Shown one piece after another: positions 31,644-43,048 of a DNA stretch of 64,000 nucleotides. This DNA is from Thermodesulfobacteriota bacterium (GTDB lineage: Bacteria; Desulfobacterota; GWC2-55-46; JADFVP01), in assembly GCA_046754225.1 (NCBI GenBank), contig JBHHVI010000002.1, forward strand, positions 7,810 through 71,809. The letters run 5' to 3'. Each line of letters begins with the position of its first letter. Positions within the stretch are counted from its first letter, which is position 1. Position numbers and translations under genes: made by a program. The notes under the pieces were generated by a model that saw nothing but the letters and a program-made list of their open reading frames with translations, did no database searches and had not been told where the DNA came from.

Positions 31644-34112
31644 TCAACCCACTTCGGCGAGTCCGAGCCTGCCGGCCCATCTGTCATTTAATACCGCTTT
31701 TACCGCTCCGGCGCCGGGGCCGCTCAAGAGGGGATTTTTTTCAATAAAATCAATAGCCTCCCGCCGTGCCGACTCAAGGAGCCTCATGTCCGCCATGGCC
31801 CAGGAAAAGCGGAAGTCAGGCAGCCCCGATTGCCTTGCCCCAACAAAGTCCCCCGGCCCCCTTATATTCAGGTCCTCCTCGGCTATCCTGAACCCGTCCT
31901 CGGTGGCCTCCATGACCTTGAGCCTCTTATACGTCTCCGGAGAGTTGGTCCACTGGGCCAGAAGAAGGCAGTGGGATTGTCTACCGCCCCTTCCGACGCG
32001 CCCCCTCAACTGGTGCAATTGAGCGAGACCGAAACGCTCGGCGTGCTCAATTAGTATGACTGAGGCGTTGGGCACGTCGACACCCACCTCTATGACCGTC
32101 GTGGATACGAGAATATCTATGGATTTGTTCTTAAACGCCCGCATGACGGCCTCTTTTTCCAGTGACTTCATCCTGCCGTGCAGTAGGGCGAGCCTTAAGT
32201 CGGCGAAGACATCCCTTTCGAGATGCTCCTTCATGTTGGTGGCGTCCCTGAGGCTCAGTTCCTCCGATTCCTCAACGAGGGGATAGACTACGTATGCCTG
32301 AGCGCCGGAGGCCACCTCTTTTCTTATAATATCGTATGCCGCGCCCCTGTCCTTTTCACGAAGGATTTTCGTCTCGACGGGGCGCCTTCCCGGAGGGAGT
32401 TCGTCTATTACCGAGACGTCGAGTTCGCCGAAGACCGTCATTGAGAGGGTCCTCGGTATGGGGGTGGCCGTCATTATCAGCGTATCGGGGGAGGCCCTTT
32501 CCCCACTCTCCGGGAGCCTCCCCTTTTTTTTGAGCTCTGATCTCTGCACGACGCCGAAACGGTGCTGCTCGTCCACAATAACAAGTCCGAGGTCCTTAAA
32601 CTCAACGCCGCCCTGTATGAGGGCGTGTGTGCCGACGACTATATGGGCCATTCCTTCACCAATCATGGCGAGGGCCTCGCGCCGGGCCTTCGCGCCCATA
32701 CGCCCCGTAAGGAGGATGGTTTTTACACCCAGGGCCTCGGTGTATTTATGGATAGTGAGGTAGTGCTGCTCGGAGAGTATCTCGGTTGGAGCCATAATCG
32801 CGGCCTGAAAGCCCGAACCAACGGCCCAGAGTGAGGCCGTCAAGGCCACTACCGTCTTGCCTGAGCCCACGTCGCCCTGGATGAGCCTGTTCATTGGATG
32901 GGGCTCTTTCATATCCCCCTTTAAGGCCGCGAGGACGTTTTCCTGCGCGGCGGTGAGCCTGAAAGGAAGCATCTCCCTCAACTTCTCCTCAAGCGCACGG
33001 GAGGAAGCGCCGCTAAAGGTCCTGAGCCCTTGCTCCTTCTTTATGCTGGTTTTTTTAAGGGCAAGGCCCGCCTCAAGGATAAAGAGTTCGTCAAAGGCGA
33101 GAGACCTTTCGGCAAGGGTTTTCGCGTTGGCTGACGGCGGTTTTTCAGGGAAGTGGACCTCTCTTATGGCTTTGGAAAGCGGCATAAGCCCGTGCCTTTC
33201 AAGCACCTCTTCTGGTACGCCGCCGACAGCGGAGCCGGCGTATCTGTCGACTGCACCCTGTATGATCTTCCTGAGCGTCTTCTGGTGGAGATTGTCTATC
33301 TGGGAATATACGGGCACGACGGCCCCAAAATCTTTTGACTCACCCCTTTCCTCGCCAACCTTGCCGGCCACTTCTATATCAGGATGTATCATCTCAAGGT
33401 TCGGGCCGAACCTTGAGACACTACCGAATACTATAAGGCGGCTACCCGGCTGGTATCTCTTCATATAGGGGAGCCTGTAATTGAACCACTTTAACTTTAA
33501 AAACCCCGTGCCGTCGCTTACTACAATCTCAAACCCTTTTCTCCGCCCGTACCGGGTCTCTCCCGCCACCATTACCTCCGCCTCCGTACTCTCGCTGGCC
33601 CCGGGGATAAGTTCTCTAATCTTTTTTATATTGCTCCTGTCCTCGTACCTCAAGGGTAGAAAGTAGAGTAGGTCCTGAACCGTCTTGAGCCCCTTTTTTT
33701 CAAACCTCTCCCCGAGTTTCGGCCCGACGCCCTTCACGTATTTTACGGAGGTATTAAGGTCGCTGAGGCGGGCTTTTGCTTCGGCGGCGCTCAGAGATTC
33801 TTCATCTTCATTCCGGTCTTGAATGCCGCCTCTATTAAGGGAATTGATTATCTCTCTCGCCATCATAACGCTGGCGCGCTTTTCCGTCCCGGCCAGGGAA
33901 TCGAAGCCCCTGAAAGCGGCCCTCAAGTCCTCCAACCTCGACAAAAGGGCTTCAGCCGGGTTAACGGAAAGGGCCTCGGAGCATACGCGCTCGACCATGG
34001 CCTCCAACCCCTTTATTGAGTCTATGCGTGAATAGCCGTCCCTTGAAGCTAATTCGAGAGGCTTTTTGAGGGGAGCCAGTATGCCGGGGATATTCTTTTT
34101 GCGCCGTTGCAT
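31644..34112 (-). CDS. recG: ATP-dependent DNA helicase RecG
   Basis: 822-aa ORF with a wedge domain and helicase motifs GDVGSGKT, DEQHRFG and TATPIPRT, plus the long N-terminal extension seen in some lineages. Confidence 0.95.
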   Translation of the reverse strand: MQRRKKNIPGILAPLKKPLELASRDGYSRIDSIKGLEAMVERVCSEALSVNPAEALLSRLEDLRAAFRGFDSLAGTEKRASVMMAREIINSLNRGGIQDRNEDEESLSAAEAKARLSDLNTSVKYVKGVGPKLGERFEKKGLKTVQDLLYFLPLRYEDRSNIKKIRELIPGASESTEAEVMVAGETRYGRRKGFEIVVSDGTGFLKLKWFNYRLPYMKRYQPGSRLIVFGSVSRFGPNLEMIHPDIEVAGKVGEERGESKDFGAVVPVYSQIDNLHQKTLRKIIQGAVDRYAGSAVGGVPEEVLERHGLMPLSKAIREVHFPEKPPSANAKTLAERSLAFDELFILEAGLALKKTSIKKEQGLRTFSGASSRALEEKLREMLPFRLTAAQENVLAALKGDMKEPHPMNRLIQGDVGSGKTVVALTASLWAVGSGFQAAIMAPTEILSEQHYLTIHKYTEALGVKTILLTGRMGAKARREALAMIGEGMAHIVVGTHALIQGGVEFKDLGLVIVDEQHRFGVVQRSELKKKGRLPESGERASPDTLIMTATPIPRTLSMTVFGELDVSVIDELPPGRRPVETKILREKDRGAAYDIIRKEVASGAQAYVVYPLVEESEELSLRDATNMKEHLERDVFADLRLALLHGRMKSLEKEAVMRAFKNKSIDILVSTTVIEVGVDVPNASVILIEHAERFGLAQLHQLRGRVGRGGRQSHCLLLAQWTNSPETYKRLKVMEATEDGFRIAEEDLNIRGPGDFVGARQSGLPDFRFSWAMADMRLLESARREAIDFIEKNPLLSGPGAGAVKAVLNDRWAGRLGLAEVG

Positions 34113-34171
34113 TGTCTTATGTCATGAATTTACAGAGGCCGGCGAAGGGTCACGAAGGGTCAGGGTAGTGC

Positions 34172-35971
34172 CTACAACTCCGTCCTCGTGATGACACCGT
34201 GGAGCTTGTTGGGCGGAAGTTTATAAAACTGCATGTACGTGGGGGTAATCTTTTTAATAAAGGAGAATATCTTCCATATGAAATTTGTTCCGGCAATCTC
34301 GTCGTGCCCGTAGAAGATGGCCTTCTCATTTACCCCGGCGGTCTTGAGGATCCCCTCCACATCTGGCACCTCCATGTAACCCACCCTGATCTCGAATTCC
34401 CTGAGCCCCTCGGCGAGGTCCTCCTTGAAAAAATAGTTCAGGCCGAAAGGCTCATCGTGACGGACGATGGAGACGATTATATTATCTTCATACATTATGT
34501 TGTTCTTGAACATGGTATGCACGATATAGGGGGCTATCTCCTTGGCGTCCTTGGCGAAGAAAAGGGCCGTGCCCTTTATCCTCGGTAGTTTTTCATAGAT
34601 CTGCTTATAACTTATAAGGAAGGTATCGAGCCTCAGGGGACGAAGAGACCTGTAGAGTTTCTTCTGCCCCTCAGTATAGATAAGGAACATTGCGAAGGGT
34701 ATCATGGCGATGAGAATGGACCAGTAACCGCCGTGGGGTATCTTGAAGGAATTTGAGGCGAAGTATATAATATCTATCACGGCGATGAAGACGGAGACGG
34801 ACATCTTGACAAAGTTCCTTTTCTTGTAGAATATGAGAGCCATCATGATCGCGGTTATCGACATGGAGCCGGTGACGGCGAGGCCGTAGGCGGCGGCGAG
34901 GTTGCTCGACTCCCTGAACTCGTTCATGATGATTAGTACGAATATGAGGAGAAACCAGTTGACTACTCCGATGTAAATCTGGCTCCGGAGTTGCGATGAC
35001 GTGTAATCAACCTTGAGCAGAGGCATAATGCGTGTTGTTATTCCCTGATAGATTATGGAGAAGAGGCCGCTTATCATGGCCTGCGAGGCTATTATGGTGG
35101 CCGCGATGCTCAAAAGGAGGAAGGGTACGTACAGTACACGGGCCTCGGAAAGTATCATCTCAAAGAGGATGTATTTCGTGCCCGGATGGGTAATCAGGAA
35201 GGCGCCCTGTCCAAAGTAGTTAAGGAGCAGGGCCCCGAATACGAAGTACCACGCCTTGACTATGGGCCATCTCCCGAGGTGCCCCATGTCGGCGTACATG
35301 GCCTCTCCCCCGGTGGCGCAGAGTATCACCTCTGAGAGTATGAAAAATCCCGCTATGCCGTGATGGAACATAAAATCAATGCCGTAGTAGGGGTTCAATG
35401 CCTTCAATACGGATGGGTGTTGAGTTATGGATATGACCCCCGAAAGGGCGAGTGCTGAAAACCATACGATCATGATGGGGCCGAAGGCGCCTGCCACGCT
35501 CTCCGTGCCCCTCCTTTGAACGGAGAAGAGCGCTATCGCAATGCCGCTGGCGACGAGCACAAGGGTGTCCTGAGAGACGTTCTCAAGGCCCGGTATTAGA
35601 AGAGCCCCCTCCACGGCGCTCAGTATACTGATGGCCGGCGTTATTACCCCGTCGCCGATGAGGAGTGATACGCCTACGAAGGTAAGTACGGATACGGCCG
35701 CCGCCCCCTTGCCGGTTTTCAGGTACGGCAGAAGCAGTTCCCTCTGGACTATCCCACCCCCCTCCCCCCTTTTACTCAGCGTGGTGGCGAGCCAGGCGTA
35801 CTCAACGGTCACAAGGGTCACAAGGGTCCATACAATAAGGGAGAGGACGCCGATTACGTTATCCTCAGTGGGCTTAAGGACGAGGAAAATTACGGTAAGG
35901 GTGTATATGGGGCTTGTCCCGATATCACCGAAGACGAGCCCTAAAGATTTTATTATCTTTTTAGCCTTCAT
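34172..35971 (-). CDS. kup: KUP/HAK/KT-family potassium transporter
   Basis: 599-aa ORF with the N-terminal LGLVFGDIGTSPIYT signature, about 12 TM segments and a cytosolic C-terminal domain. Confidence 0.93.
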   Translation of the reverse strand: MKAKKIIKSLGLVFGDIGTSPIYTLTVIFLVLKPTEDNVIGVLSLIVWTLVTLVTVEYAWLATTLSKRGEGGGIVQRELLLPYLKTGKGAAAVSVLTFVGVSLLIGDGVITPAISILSAVEGALLIPGLENVSQDTLVLVASGIAIALFSVQRRGTESVAGAFGPIMIVWFSALALSGVISITQHPSVLKALNPYYGIDFMFHHGIAGFFILSEVILCATGGEAMYADMGHLGRWPIVKAWYFVFGALLLNYFGQGAFLITHPGTKYILFEMILSEARVLYVPFLLLSIAATIIASQAMISGLFSIIYQGITTRIMPLLKVDYTSSQLRSQIYIGVVNWFLLIFVLIIMNEFRESSNLAAAYGLAVTGSMSITAIMMALIFYKKRNFVKMSVSVFIAVIDIIYFASNSFKIPHGGYWSILIAMIPFAMFLIYTEGQKKLYRSLRPLRLDTFLISYKQIYEKLPRIKGTALFFAKDAKEIAPYIVHTMFKNNIMYEDNIIVSIVRHDEPFGLNYFFKEDLAEGLREFEIRVGYMEVPDVEGILKTAGVNEKAIFYGHDEIAGTNFIWKIFSFIKKITPTYMQFYKLPPNKLHGVITRTEL

Positions 35972-35977
35972 AATTCT

Positions 35978-36005
35978 AAAAAAACCATGCCCTTAAAGGC
36001 TATGG
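35978..36005 (-). terminator. Rho-independent terminator after carB, abutting the kup start
   Basis: The minus-strand RNA reads CCAUAGCC-UUUAAG-GGCAUGG (7 bp with one bulged A) followed by U7. The U-tract ends 6 nt before the kup ATG. Confidence 0.5.
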
Positions 36006-36073
36006 ATTTTCGCCCGTCTTTTCAGCTCCATGGGGGTCACGAGACGCACCCGCCACGGGGCCCTCTATCTACT

Positions 36074-39000
36074 CTACCTCACGGCGGCTCGGGCTTTAAG
36101 ATTTTCCTTATGGTACTCCTGAAGGGTCTTTACTTCAAGCCCTCCTTTTTTTACCGCCTCGATCCCGAGGGCCGCCGCCCTGGCCGCGGCTACGGTGGTG
36201 AAGTATGGGAGGCCGAAGTCCAGCGACGTCCTCCTTATGGAATATGAGTCCTTGACGCTCCTCGCGCCGAAGGTCGTGTTTATGACCATATCCACTTCAC
36301 TGTTCTTTATCCTGTCAACGATATTGGGCCTCGTGCCGTCAATCACCTTGTAGACGTGTGTGGCGTTGACGCCGTAGCTATTGAGGAATTTTGCGGTGCC
36401 CTCCGTGGCTAATATCTTAAAACCGAACCCCGCGAGCCTTTTGGCTATGGGGGCGATGGCCTCCTTGTCATCGTTCTTCACGCTTATAAATACCGTGCCG
36501 CCTGTGGCGAGGTTATTGCCCGCGGAGAACTGGGCCTTTACAAAGGCGCTCCCGAAGTCCGGGCCTATGCCCATCACCTCGCCCGTGCTTTTCATCTCGG
36601 GGCCCAGTATGGTGTCCACGCCGGGAAATTTTATAAAGGGGAATACCGCCTCCTTTACCGTTGTGTAGGCGGGTTGTATCTCTTCAGTAAAATCAAGCTC
36701 TTTAAGGCTCCGCCCCACCATTATCGACGTGGCGAGCTTTGCAAGGGGGCGTCCTATGGCCTTGCTTACAAAGGGGATGGTGCGCGACGCCCTGGGGTTC
36801 ACCTCAAGCACGTAAACAACGCCTTCCCTGACGGCGAATTGCACGTTCATGAGGCCGGCCACCTTTAGTCCCTTAGCGAGCAAGACCGTCTGCCTCCTTA
36901 TCTCGTCTATTATGGCGGCGTCGAGCGAATAAGGGGGGATTGCGCAGGCCGAGTCCCCGGAGTGCACGCCCGCCTCCTCTATATGCTCCATGACACCGCC
37001 TATTACCACAGATTCACCATCGCTTATGCAGTCAACGTCCACCTCCACGGCGCTTCTTAAAAACCTGTCTACAAGCACGGGGTGTTCGGGTGAGGCCTCC
37101 ACCGCCTTGGTCATGTAATCGATGAGGCTCATCTCGTTGTAGACCGTCACCATGGCCCTTCCGCCGAGCACATATGACGGCCTCACCATAACGGGATAAC
37201 CAATGGCCCCGGCTATACGGACGGCATCTTCAATGGAGCGCGCCGTGCCGCTCTCGGGCCTTCTTATATCGAGGCTTTCAAGGAGCTCCTCGAACCTCTC
37301 CCTGTCCTCGGCCATGTCTATGGAGTCCGAGGAGGTGCCGAGTATCCTTACCCCCACCTTTTCAAGGGAGACCGAAAGCCTTAGGGGCGTCTGTCCGCCG
37401 AGTTGCACTATTACTCCGTATGGTTTCTCCCTCTCCACTATGGCCATCACGTCCTCAAAGGTAAGGGGCTCGAAGTAGAGCCTGTCGGAAGTGTCGTAGT
37501 CCGTGGAGACCGTCTCGGGGTTGCAGTTCACCATTATGGACTCGTAGCCCTCCTCCTTGAGGGCGAAACTCGCCTGCACACAGCAGTAGTCGAACTCAAT
37601 GCCCTGGCCTATCCTGTTGGGGCCGTTGCCGAGTATTATGACCTTTTTCCTGTCCGTGGGTGGGGCTTCCGAGGCGGCCCTCCTTATTCCGTCCCTTATG
37701 TTGTAAAAGGGCCTCTCGTAGGTTGAGTAGAGGTACGGCGTAAAGGCCTCGAATTCGGCTGCGCAGGTATCCACCGTCTTGTAGACGGGCAGGATTCCGG
37801 ATTTTTTGGCCCCTTCCCTCAAGGCATTCCTGTCCATACCGGTAAGGGACGACAGGGTATTAAAGGAAAACCCGTACTCCTTGGCCCTCTGTAAGAGCTC
37901 CTCGCTCAAGGAGCCGGTTTGCCTCGCCTGCTGAAAAAGAGCCTCCTCGAGATTAACAATCTCATGAAGGTTATTTAAAAACCAGCGGTCTATTTTCGTC
38001 AAGTCAAAGACTTCGTCAACGGAAAGGCCGCCCCTGAAGGCCTCTGCGATGTATAAGTGCCTATCGTCGCCAGGGGTCTTGAGTTTCGACCTTATATGGT
38101 CAAGCTCCGCCTCGTCGGCCTTGAAGAGAGGCTCTTCCCTGCCCGTCCGTACAACCCACTCAAAACCTGAAGCGCCCGTCTCAAGGGAGCGGAGCGCCTT
38201 CTGCATCGCCTCCTTGAATGTCCTTCCCATTGCCATCGCCTCTCCCACTGACTTCATCTGTATGGTGAGGGTGGCGTCGGCGTCGGGGAACTTCTCAAAG
38301 GCGAACCGCGGGATCTTCACCACCACGTAATCTATGGTCGGCTCGAATGAAGCGGGCGTCTTTTCAGTGATGTCGTTGGGTATCTCGTCAAGGGTGTACC
38401 CCACGGCGAGTTTGGCCGCTATCTTGGCTATGGGAAAGCCCGTGGCCTTGCTCGCCAGGGCCGAAGACCTCGATACCCTGGGGTTCATCTCTATGACGTA
38501 GATGCGGCCGTTTTCGGGGTTGACTGAGAATTGTATATTGCTGCCGCCCGTGTCTACGCCTATCTCCCGTATTATCTTTATGGCCGCGTCCCTCATCTCC
38601 TGGTATTCCTTGTCCGAGAGGGTCTGGGCCGGTGCCACAGTTATGGAGTCCCCGGTGTGAACGCCCATGGGGTCGAAGTTCTCTATGGAGCAGATGATTA
38701 CCACGTTGTCCATGGAGTCGCGCATCACCTCGAGCTCGAACTCCTTCCAGCCTATGACCGATTCCTCTATGAGGAGCTCACCCACGGGGCTCGCGTCGAT
38801 GCCGCACCTTACGAGCTCCTCGTACTCCTCCATGTTGTAGGCGATACCCCCGCCTGTGCCTCCGAGGGTGAATGACGGCCTGATGATTACGGGAAAATCC
38901 ATACTGCTCACGAGGCGCATGGCCTCGTCAAGGCTCCTGACATGACCGCTCCTCGGCACGGCGAGACCTATTTTCTGCATCGCCTCCTTGAAGAGCTCGC

Positions 39001-39385
39001 GCTCCTCGGCCTTTTTTATGGCCGGGAGGCGCGCCCCTATCAACTCGACGTTGTATTTATCGAGGACGCCCTTTTCGGCCAATTCAACGGCCACGTTGAG
39101 GGCGGTTTGTCCTCCCATGGTGGGAAGCACGGCGTCGGGCCTCTCGCGCTCGATTATCTTCTCCACCATTGGGGCTGTAATGGGCTCGATATAGGTCCTG
39201 TCCGCCATATCCGGGTCAGTCATTATCGTCGCCGGGTTGGAGTTTACGAGGACCACCTCAAAGCCGTCCTCTCTAAGCGCCTTACAGGCCTGCGTGCCCG
39301 AATAGTCGAACTCGCAGCCCTGGCCTATTACAATAGGGCCGGAGCCGATAATGAGGATCTTCTTGATGTCAGTTCTTTTGGGCAA
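36074..39385 (-). CDS. carB: Carbamoyl-phosphate synthase large subunit
   Basis: 1103-aa ORF with duplicated ATP-grasp halves, an N-terminal [23 protein letters not shown] motif and an MGS-like C-terminus. Confidence 0.98.
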   Translation of the reverse strand: MPKRTDIKKILIIGSGPIVIGQGCEFDYSGTQACKALREDGFEVVLVNSNPATIMTDPDMADRTYIEPITAPMVEKIIERERPDAVLPTMGGQTALNVAVELAEKGVLDKYNVELIGARLPAIKKAEERELFKEAMQKIGLAVPRSGHVRSLDEAMRLVSSMDFPVIIRPSFTLGGTGGGIAYNMEEYEELVRCGIDASPVGELLIEESVIGWKEFELEVMRDSMDNVVIICSIENFDPMGVHTGDSITVAPAQTLSDKEYQEMRDAAIKIIREIGVDTGGSNIQFSVNPENGRIYVIEMNPRVSRSSALASKATGFPIAKIAAKLAVGYTLDEIPNDITEKTPASFEPTIDYVVVKIPRFAFEKFPDADATLTIQMKSVGEAMAMGRTFKEAMQKALRSLETGASGFEWVVRTGREEPLFKADEAELDHIRSKLKTPGDDRHLYIAEAFRGGLSVDEVFDLTKIDRWFLNNLHEIVNLEEALFQQARQTGSLSEELLQRAKEYGFSFNTLSSLTGMDRNALREGAKKSGILPVYKTVDTCAAEFEAFTPYLYSTYERPFYNIRDGIRRAASEAPPTDRKKVIILGNGPNRIGQGIEFDYCCVQASFALKEEGYESIMVNCNPETVSTDYDTSDRLYFEPLTFEDVMAIVEREKPYGVIVQLGGQTPLRLSVSLEKVGVRILGTSSDSIDMAEDRERFEELLESLDIRRPESGTARSIEDAVRIAGAIGYPVMVRPSYVLGGRAMVTVYNEMSLIDYMTKAVEASPEHPVLVDRFLRSAVEVDVDCISDGESVVIGGVMEHIEEAGVHSGDSACAIPPYSLDAAIIDEIRRQTVLLAKGLKVAGLMNVQFAVREGVVYVLEVNPRASRTIPFVSKAIGRPLAKLATSIMVGRSLKELDFTEEIQPAYTTVKEAVFPFIKFPGVDTILGPEMKSTGEVMGIGPDFGSAFVKAQFSAGNNLATGGTVFISVKNDDKEAIAPIAKRLAGFGFKILATEGTAKFLNSYGVNATHVYKVIDGTRPNIVDRIKNSEVDMVINTTFGARSVKDSYSIRRTSLDFGLPYFTTVAAARAAALGIEAVKKGGLEVKTLQEYHKENLKARAAVR

Positions 39386-39478
39386 AGTCGTTTAATCCTT
39401 TATGTCAAAGACAGTCCCATTTTAAATTGCTTTTTTTCAGTGAGTTAGGGCAAAATCTCACAAGTCGAAAAATTATTT

Positions 39479-40612
39479 TTACTCTGCCCTCTCCATCATC
39501 TCCGTAAACCTCTTGAAGAGATACCTTGAGTCGTGGGGGCCGGGGCTCGATTCCGGGTGGTACTGGACGGAATAAACGGGCATACCCTCAAGCTTTAGCC
39601 CCTCCACCGTGCCGTCATTGAGGTTCACGTGGGTAAGCTCGGCTATCCCCTTCATTGAGTCGGCGTCCACGGCGAAACCGTGGTTCTGTGAAGTTATCTC
39701 AACGCGGCCTGTCTTAAGGTCCTTTACGGGCTGGTTGGCGCCCCTGTGGCCGAATTTCAGTTTAAAGGTTTTGCCCCCGAGAGCGAGCGACAATATCTGG
39801 TGGCCCAGGCAGATGCCAAAGAGGGGTTTTTTGCTCTCAACAAGTTTCCTGACGTTATCCCTGGCGTAGGTCACCGCCGCCGGGTCTCCGGGGCCGTTTG
39901 AAAGGAAAAAACCGTCTGGTTCCATGCCCAGCACCTCTTCGGCGGGCGTAAAGGCAGGGACAACGGTGACGTCGCACCCGGAGTCAAAGAGGTTCCTGAG
40001 TATATTCCTTTTAATTCCAAAGTCATAGGCGATGACCCTGTGCCTTTTTTCCCCCTCGGGCGGCCCTTTGGCGGGGTAACCTTCGTCCATGGACCACATA
40101 CCCTCGCGCCACTTATAAGGCGCCTCGCAAGTCACCCTTTTTACGAGGTCACGCCCCACAAGGCCCGTGGCCCCTTCAGCGGCCCCTACAAGCTCTCCGG
40201 GGTCTGTCTCCTCTGTTGAGATGACTCCCATCATCGCCCCGGCTTGCCTTATGATGCGCGTAAGCGCCCTTGTGTCAATCCCGTAGATGCCGACTATTCC
40301 GTGCCTTGAGAGGTAGGCGGCGAGCCCTTCAAGGCTCCGCCAGTTGCTTGGAAAGCGGCACGTCTCCTTTACGATGAAACCCTCGACCCAGGGCCTTCTC
40401 GACTCGATATCCTCCTCGTTTACGCCGTAGTTACCCTGCTCCGAGTATGTCATGGCGACAATTTGGCCCTTGTATGAGGGGTCGGTGAGGACCTCCTGAT
40501 ACCCGGTCATCGAGGTATTGAAACATACCTCGCCCGTGGCCGAGCCCGAAGCGCCGAAGGAAAAACCCTCGAAAACAGACCCGTCAGCGAGGGCGAGTAT
40601 CGCCTTTTTCAC
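39479..40612 (-). CDS. carA: Carbamoyl-phosphate synthase small (glutaminase) subunit
   Basis: 377-aa ORF with a GTG start. It has the class-I amidotransferase triad context GICLGHQ and HGFAV...QYHPE. Confidence 0.97.
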   Translation of the reverse strand: MKKAILALADGSVFEGFSFGASGSATGEVCFNTSMTGYQEVLTDPSYKGQIVAMTYSEQGNYGVNEEDIESRRPWVEGFIVKETCRFPSNWRSLEGLAAYLSRHGIVGIYGIDTRALTRIIRQAGAMMGVISTEETDPGELVGAAEGATGLVGRDLVKRVTCEAPYKWREGMWSMDEGYPAKGPPEGEKRHRVIAYDFGIKRNILRNLFDSGCDVTVVPAFTPAEEVLGMEPDGFFLSNGPGDPAAVTYARDNVRKLVESKKPLFGICLGHQILSLALGGKTFKLKFGHRGANQPVKDLKTGRVEITSQNHGFAVDADSMKGIAELTHVNLNDGTVEGLKLEGMPVYSVQYHPESSPGPHDSRYLFKRFTEMMERAE

Positions 40613-40699
40613 TATAGTTTCCTTTATATTGTCTTGATGATAAGTATTTATATTTAAATAGTTAGCAAGTAATCCTTATAAACGTTATCACTACAAATC

Positions 40700-40713
40700 A
40701 GCCCTCTCATCAT
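40700..40713 (-). promoter_or_regulatory. PyrR-box-like RNA motif in the pyrC-carA spacer
   Basis: The minus-strand RNA reads AUGAUGAGAGGGCU and shares the GAGAGG(G)CU core with the PyrR binding-loop consensus UCCAGAGAGGCU. It lies in a 135-nt AT-rich spacer. Confidence 0.3.
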
Positions 40714-40747
40714 ACCCGGAAAATCACTTAAAGGGTACGAACAAAAT

Positions 40748-42046
40748 TCACCCCCTGTAAACAATATTCCCGTCAACTATTGTGGCAATCACCTTTGCCT
40801 TCATTTTGACCCCGGCAAAGGGGGTGTTTTTTGAGAGAGATCTTAATTTTTCAGTCTCCACAGTCCACTCTTTCTCAAGGTCTATTATAGTAATGTCACC
40901 GGGGGCGCCCACTGTAAGGGTGCCGGATTCAAGGTTCATAGCCTTTGAGGGGTTTATGGTCATAAGCCTTACAAGGCCGGAGAGGCTCAGCGCACCCTCT
41001 TCGACTAAAGCATAGAGAGCTGAAAAGGCGGTCTCAAGCCCTATTACGCCGTTGGCCGCCGAGTTGAACTCCACGTCCTTTTCAATTACCGAATGAGGGG
41101 CGTGGTCCGTCGCTACGGAGTCTATCGTCCCGTCTGTAAGGGCTTCTTTAAGGGCGTCCACGTCCCTACCGCTCCTCAGGGGCGGGTTCATCTTGAAGTT
41201 GGTATTATAACCCCTGACGGCCTCGTCGGTAAACCTGAGATGGTGGGGCGCGGCCTCGGCCGTTACGTTTATACCCTTTTTCTTCGCCCTCCTTATCTGC
41301 TCCACCGCGCCGGCTGTGCTTACATGGGCGATATGGAGCCTGCCCCCCGTAAGTTCGGCGAGCGAAACGTCTCTCGCCACGGCCACGGCCTCGGCCTCAG
41401 CGGGTATTCCCCTGAGACCGAGCTCTGTAGAGACCCTCCCCTCATTCATAACGCCGGAGCCGGTAAGGCCGGCGTCCTCGGCGTGGGTTACAAGGGGCAG
41501 ATCAAGGGCCTTTGTGTATTCAAGGGCCCTTCTCATGAGGTTGGGGTTTTTGACCGGCATACCGTCGTCTGAGACAGCCACGCACCCGGCATCCCTCAAC
41601 TCAGCCAACTCGGCCATGCGTTCGCCCTTCAAGGAGCAACTCACGGCCCCCACTGGAAGGACCTTTACAACGCCATCTTCCTCGGCCTTTTTAAGTATGT
41701 AACGGGTGACGGACTGGTTGTCGTTCACGGGCATTGTGTTGGCCATGCAAAGTATTGTCGTAAAACCGCCGGCCGCCGCGGCCTCGGTGCCCGTCTTGAT
41801 CGTCTCCTTGTACTCAAAGCCCGGCTCGCGTAGATGTGTATGGATATCCACGAGCCCCGGGATTACCACCTTGCCTGAGGCGTCTATAACTTCCACCCCT
41901 GGAGCGTCGGGGTCGATCTCGCTCGTGTCGGACTCAAAAGGGCTTAGGCTCGCGACCCTGCCGCCCATTACATAGATATTATATTGTCCGTCAATACCGG
42001 CGGCGGGGTCGATAAGACGGCCTCCCCTTACAACGAGTCTTTTCAT
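40748..42046 (-). CDS. pyrC: Dihydroorotase
   Basis: 432-aa ORF with the metal ligands DIHTHLR and the amidohydrolase fold pattern, in pyr operon context. Confidence 0.95.
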   Translation of the reverse strand: MKRLVVRGGRLIDPAAGIDGQYNIYVMGGRVASLSPFESDTSEIDPDAPGVEVIDASGKVVIPGLVDIHTHLREPGFEYKETIKTGTEAAAAGGFTTILCMANTMPVNDNQSVTRYILKKAEEDGVVKVLPVGAVSCSLKGERMAELAELRDAGCVAVSDDGMPVKNPNLMRRALEYTKALDLPLVTHAEDAGLTGSGVMNEGRVSTELGLRGIPAEAEAVAVARDVSLAELTGGRLHIAHVSTAGAVEQIRRAKKKGINVTAEAAPHHLRFTDEAVRGYNTNFKMNPPLRSGRDVDALKEALTDGTIDSVATDHAPHSVIEKDVEFNSAANGVIGLETAFSALYALVEEGALSLSGLVRLMTINPSKAMNLESGTLTVGAPGDITIIDLEKEWTVETEKLRSLSKNTPFAGVKMKAKVIATIVDGNIVYRG

Positions 42047-42087
42047 GGTCTATCCCCTGACAGCATAAAAATATGAACCGGAAAAAA

Positions 42088-43020
42088 TCATTCCTCTTCC
42101 CTGATCGGCCCGAGGAGGAGATAAAATATCGCCATCCTCACGGCCACGCCGTTGGTAACCTGTTCGAGTATAAGGGAAAAGGGGCCGTCGGCCACTTCAG
42201 AGGCTATCTCAACCCCCCTGTTAATCGGGCCGGGGTGCATTATCAGTACATCCTTTTTAGCCGCCTTTAATTTTTCCCTGTCAAGTCCGTAGAGCCTCGC
42301 GTATTCCCTTATGGACGGGAAGAAGGACTCCTTCTGCCTCTCGGTCTGTATCCTGAGCATCATTATCACATCGGCCCCCATAATCGCCTCAATGGGGTCG
42401 TAGGTGCACTCGCACCCCAGAGCTTCCACTCCGGGCGGTATCATGGTGGGCGGGCCCGCAACCGTCACGGAGGCGCCGAGTTTCGTAAAGGCGAAAATAT
42501 TGGAACGCGCCACCCTGGAATGGGAAATATCTCCTATTATCGCCACCTTAAGTCCCTCTATTCGGCCTTTTTCCTCCCTCACCGTAAAGATGTCAAGAAG
42601 GGCCTGACTGGGGTGGGCGTGCGCTCCGTCCCCGGCGTTTATAACCGAGCAGTTGAGATACCCGGCGAGCATCCCCGGAGTGCCAGCCGAAGAGTGCCTT
42701 ATGACTATGCCCCCCGGCCTCATGGCTTCGAGATTTTTAGCGGTATCCTTAAGCGTCTCGCCCTTGACAGTGGAGCTTGTGGATACTGAAATGTTTATTG
42801 CGTCGGCGCTCATCCTCTTCGCCGCTATCTCGAAAGAGGTGCGCGTCCTTGTAGAGGGCTCGTAAAAGAGGTTTATAATGGTCTTTCCCCTGAGCGTGGG
42901 GACTTTTTTTATCTCGCGCTCGGAAATCTCCTTGAAAGAAGCCGCCGTATCGAGGATAAGCCCCATTTCGCCGGGGCTCAAGTCCTTTATAGTGAGAAGG
43001 TCTTTTCTTTCCAGTCTCAT
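42088..43020 (-). CDS. pyrB: Aspartate carbamoyltransferase catalytic subunit
   Basis: 310-aa ORF with STRTR and HPxQ ([10 protein letters not shown]) motifs. Confidence 0.97.
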   Translation of the reverse strand: MRLERKDLLTIKDLSPGEMGLILDTAASFKEISEREIKKVPTLRGKTIINLFYEPSTRTRTSFEIAAKRMSADAINISVSTSSTVKGETLKDTAKNLEAMRPGGIVIRHSSAGTPGMLAGYLNCSVINAGDGAHAHPSQALLDIFTVREEKGRIEGLKVAIIGDISHSRVARSNIFAFTKLGASVTVAGPPTMIPPGVEALGCECTYDPIEAIMGADVIMMLRIQTERQKESFFPSIREYARLYGLDREKLKAAKKDVLIMHPGPINRGVEIASEVADGPFSLILEQVTNGVAVRMAIFYLLLGPIREEE

Positions 43021-43048
43021 GAGATAATCTTCGCTAAATTACAAGGGA

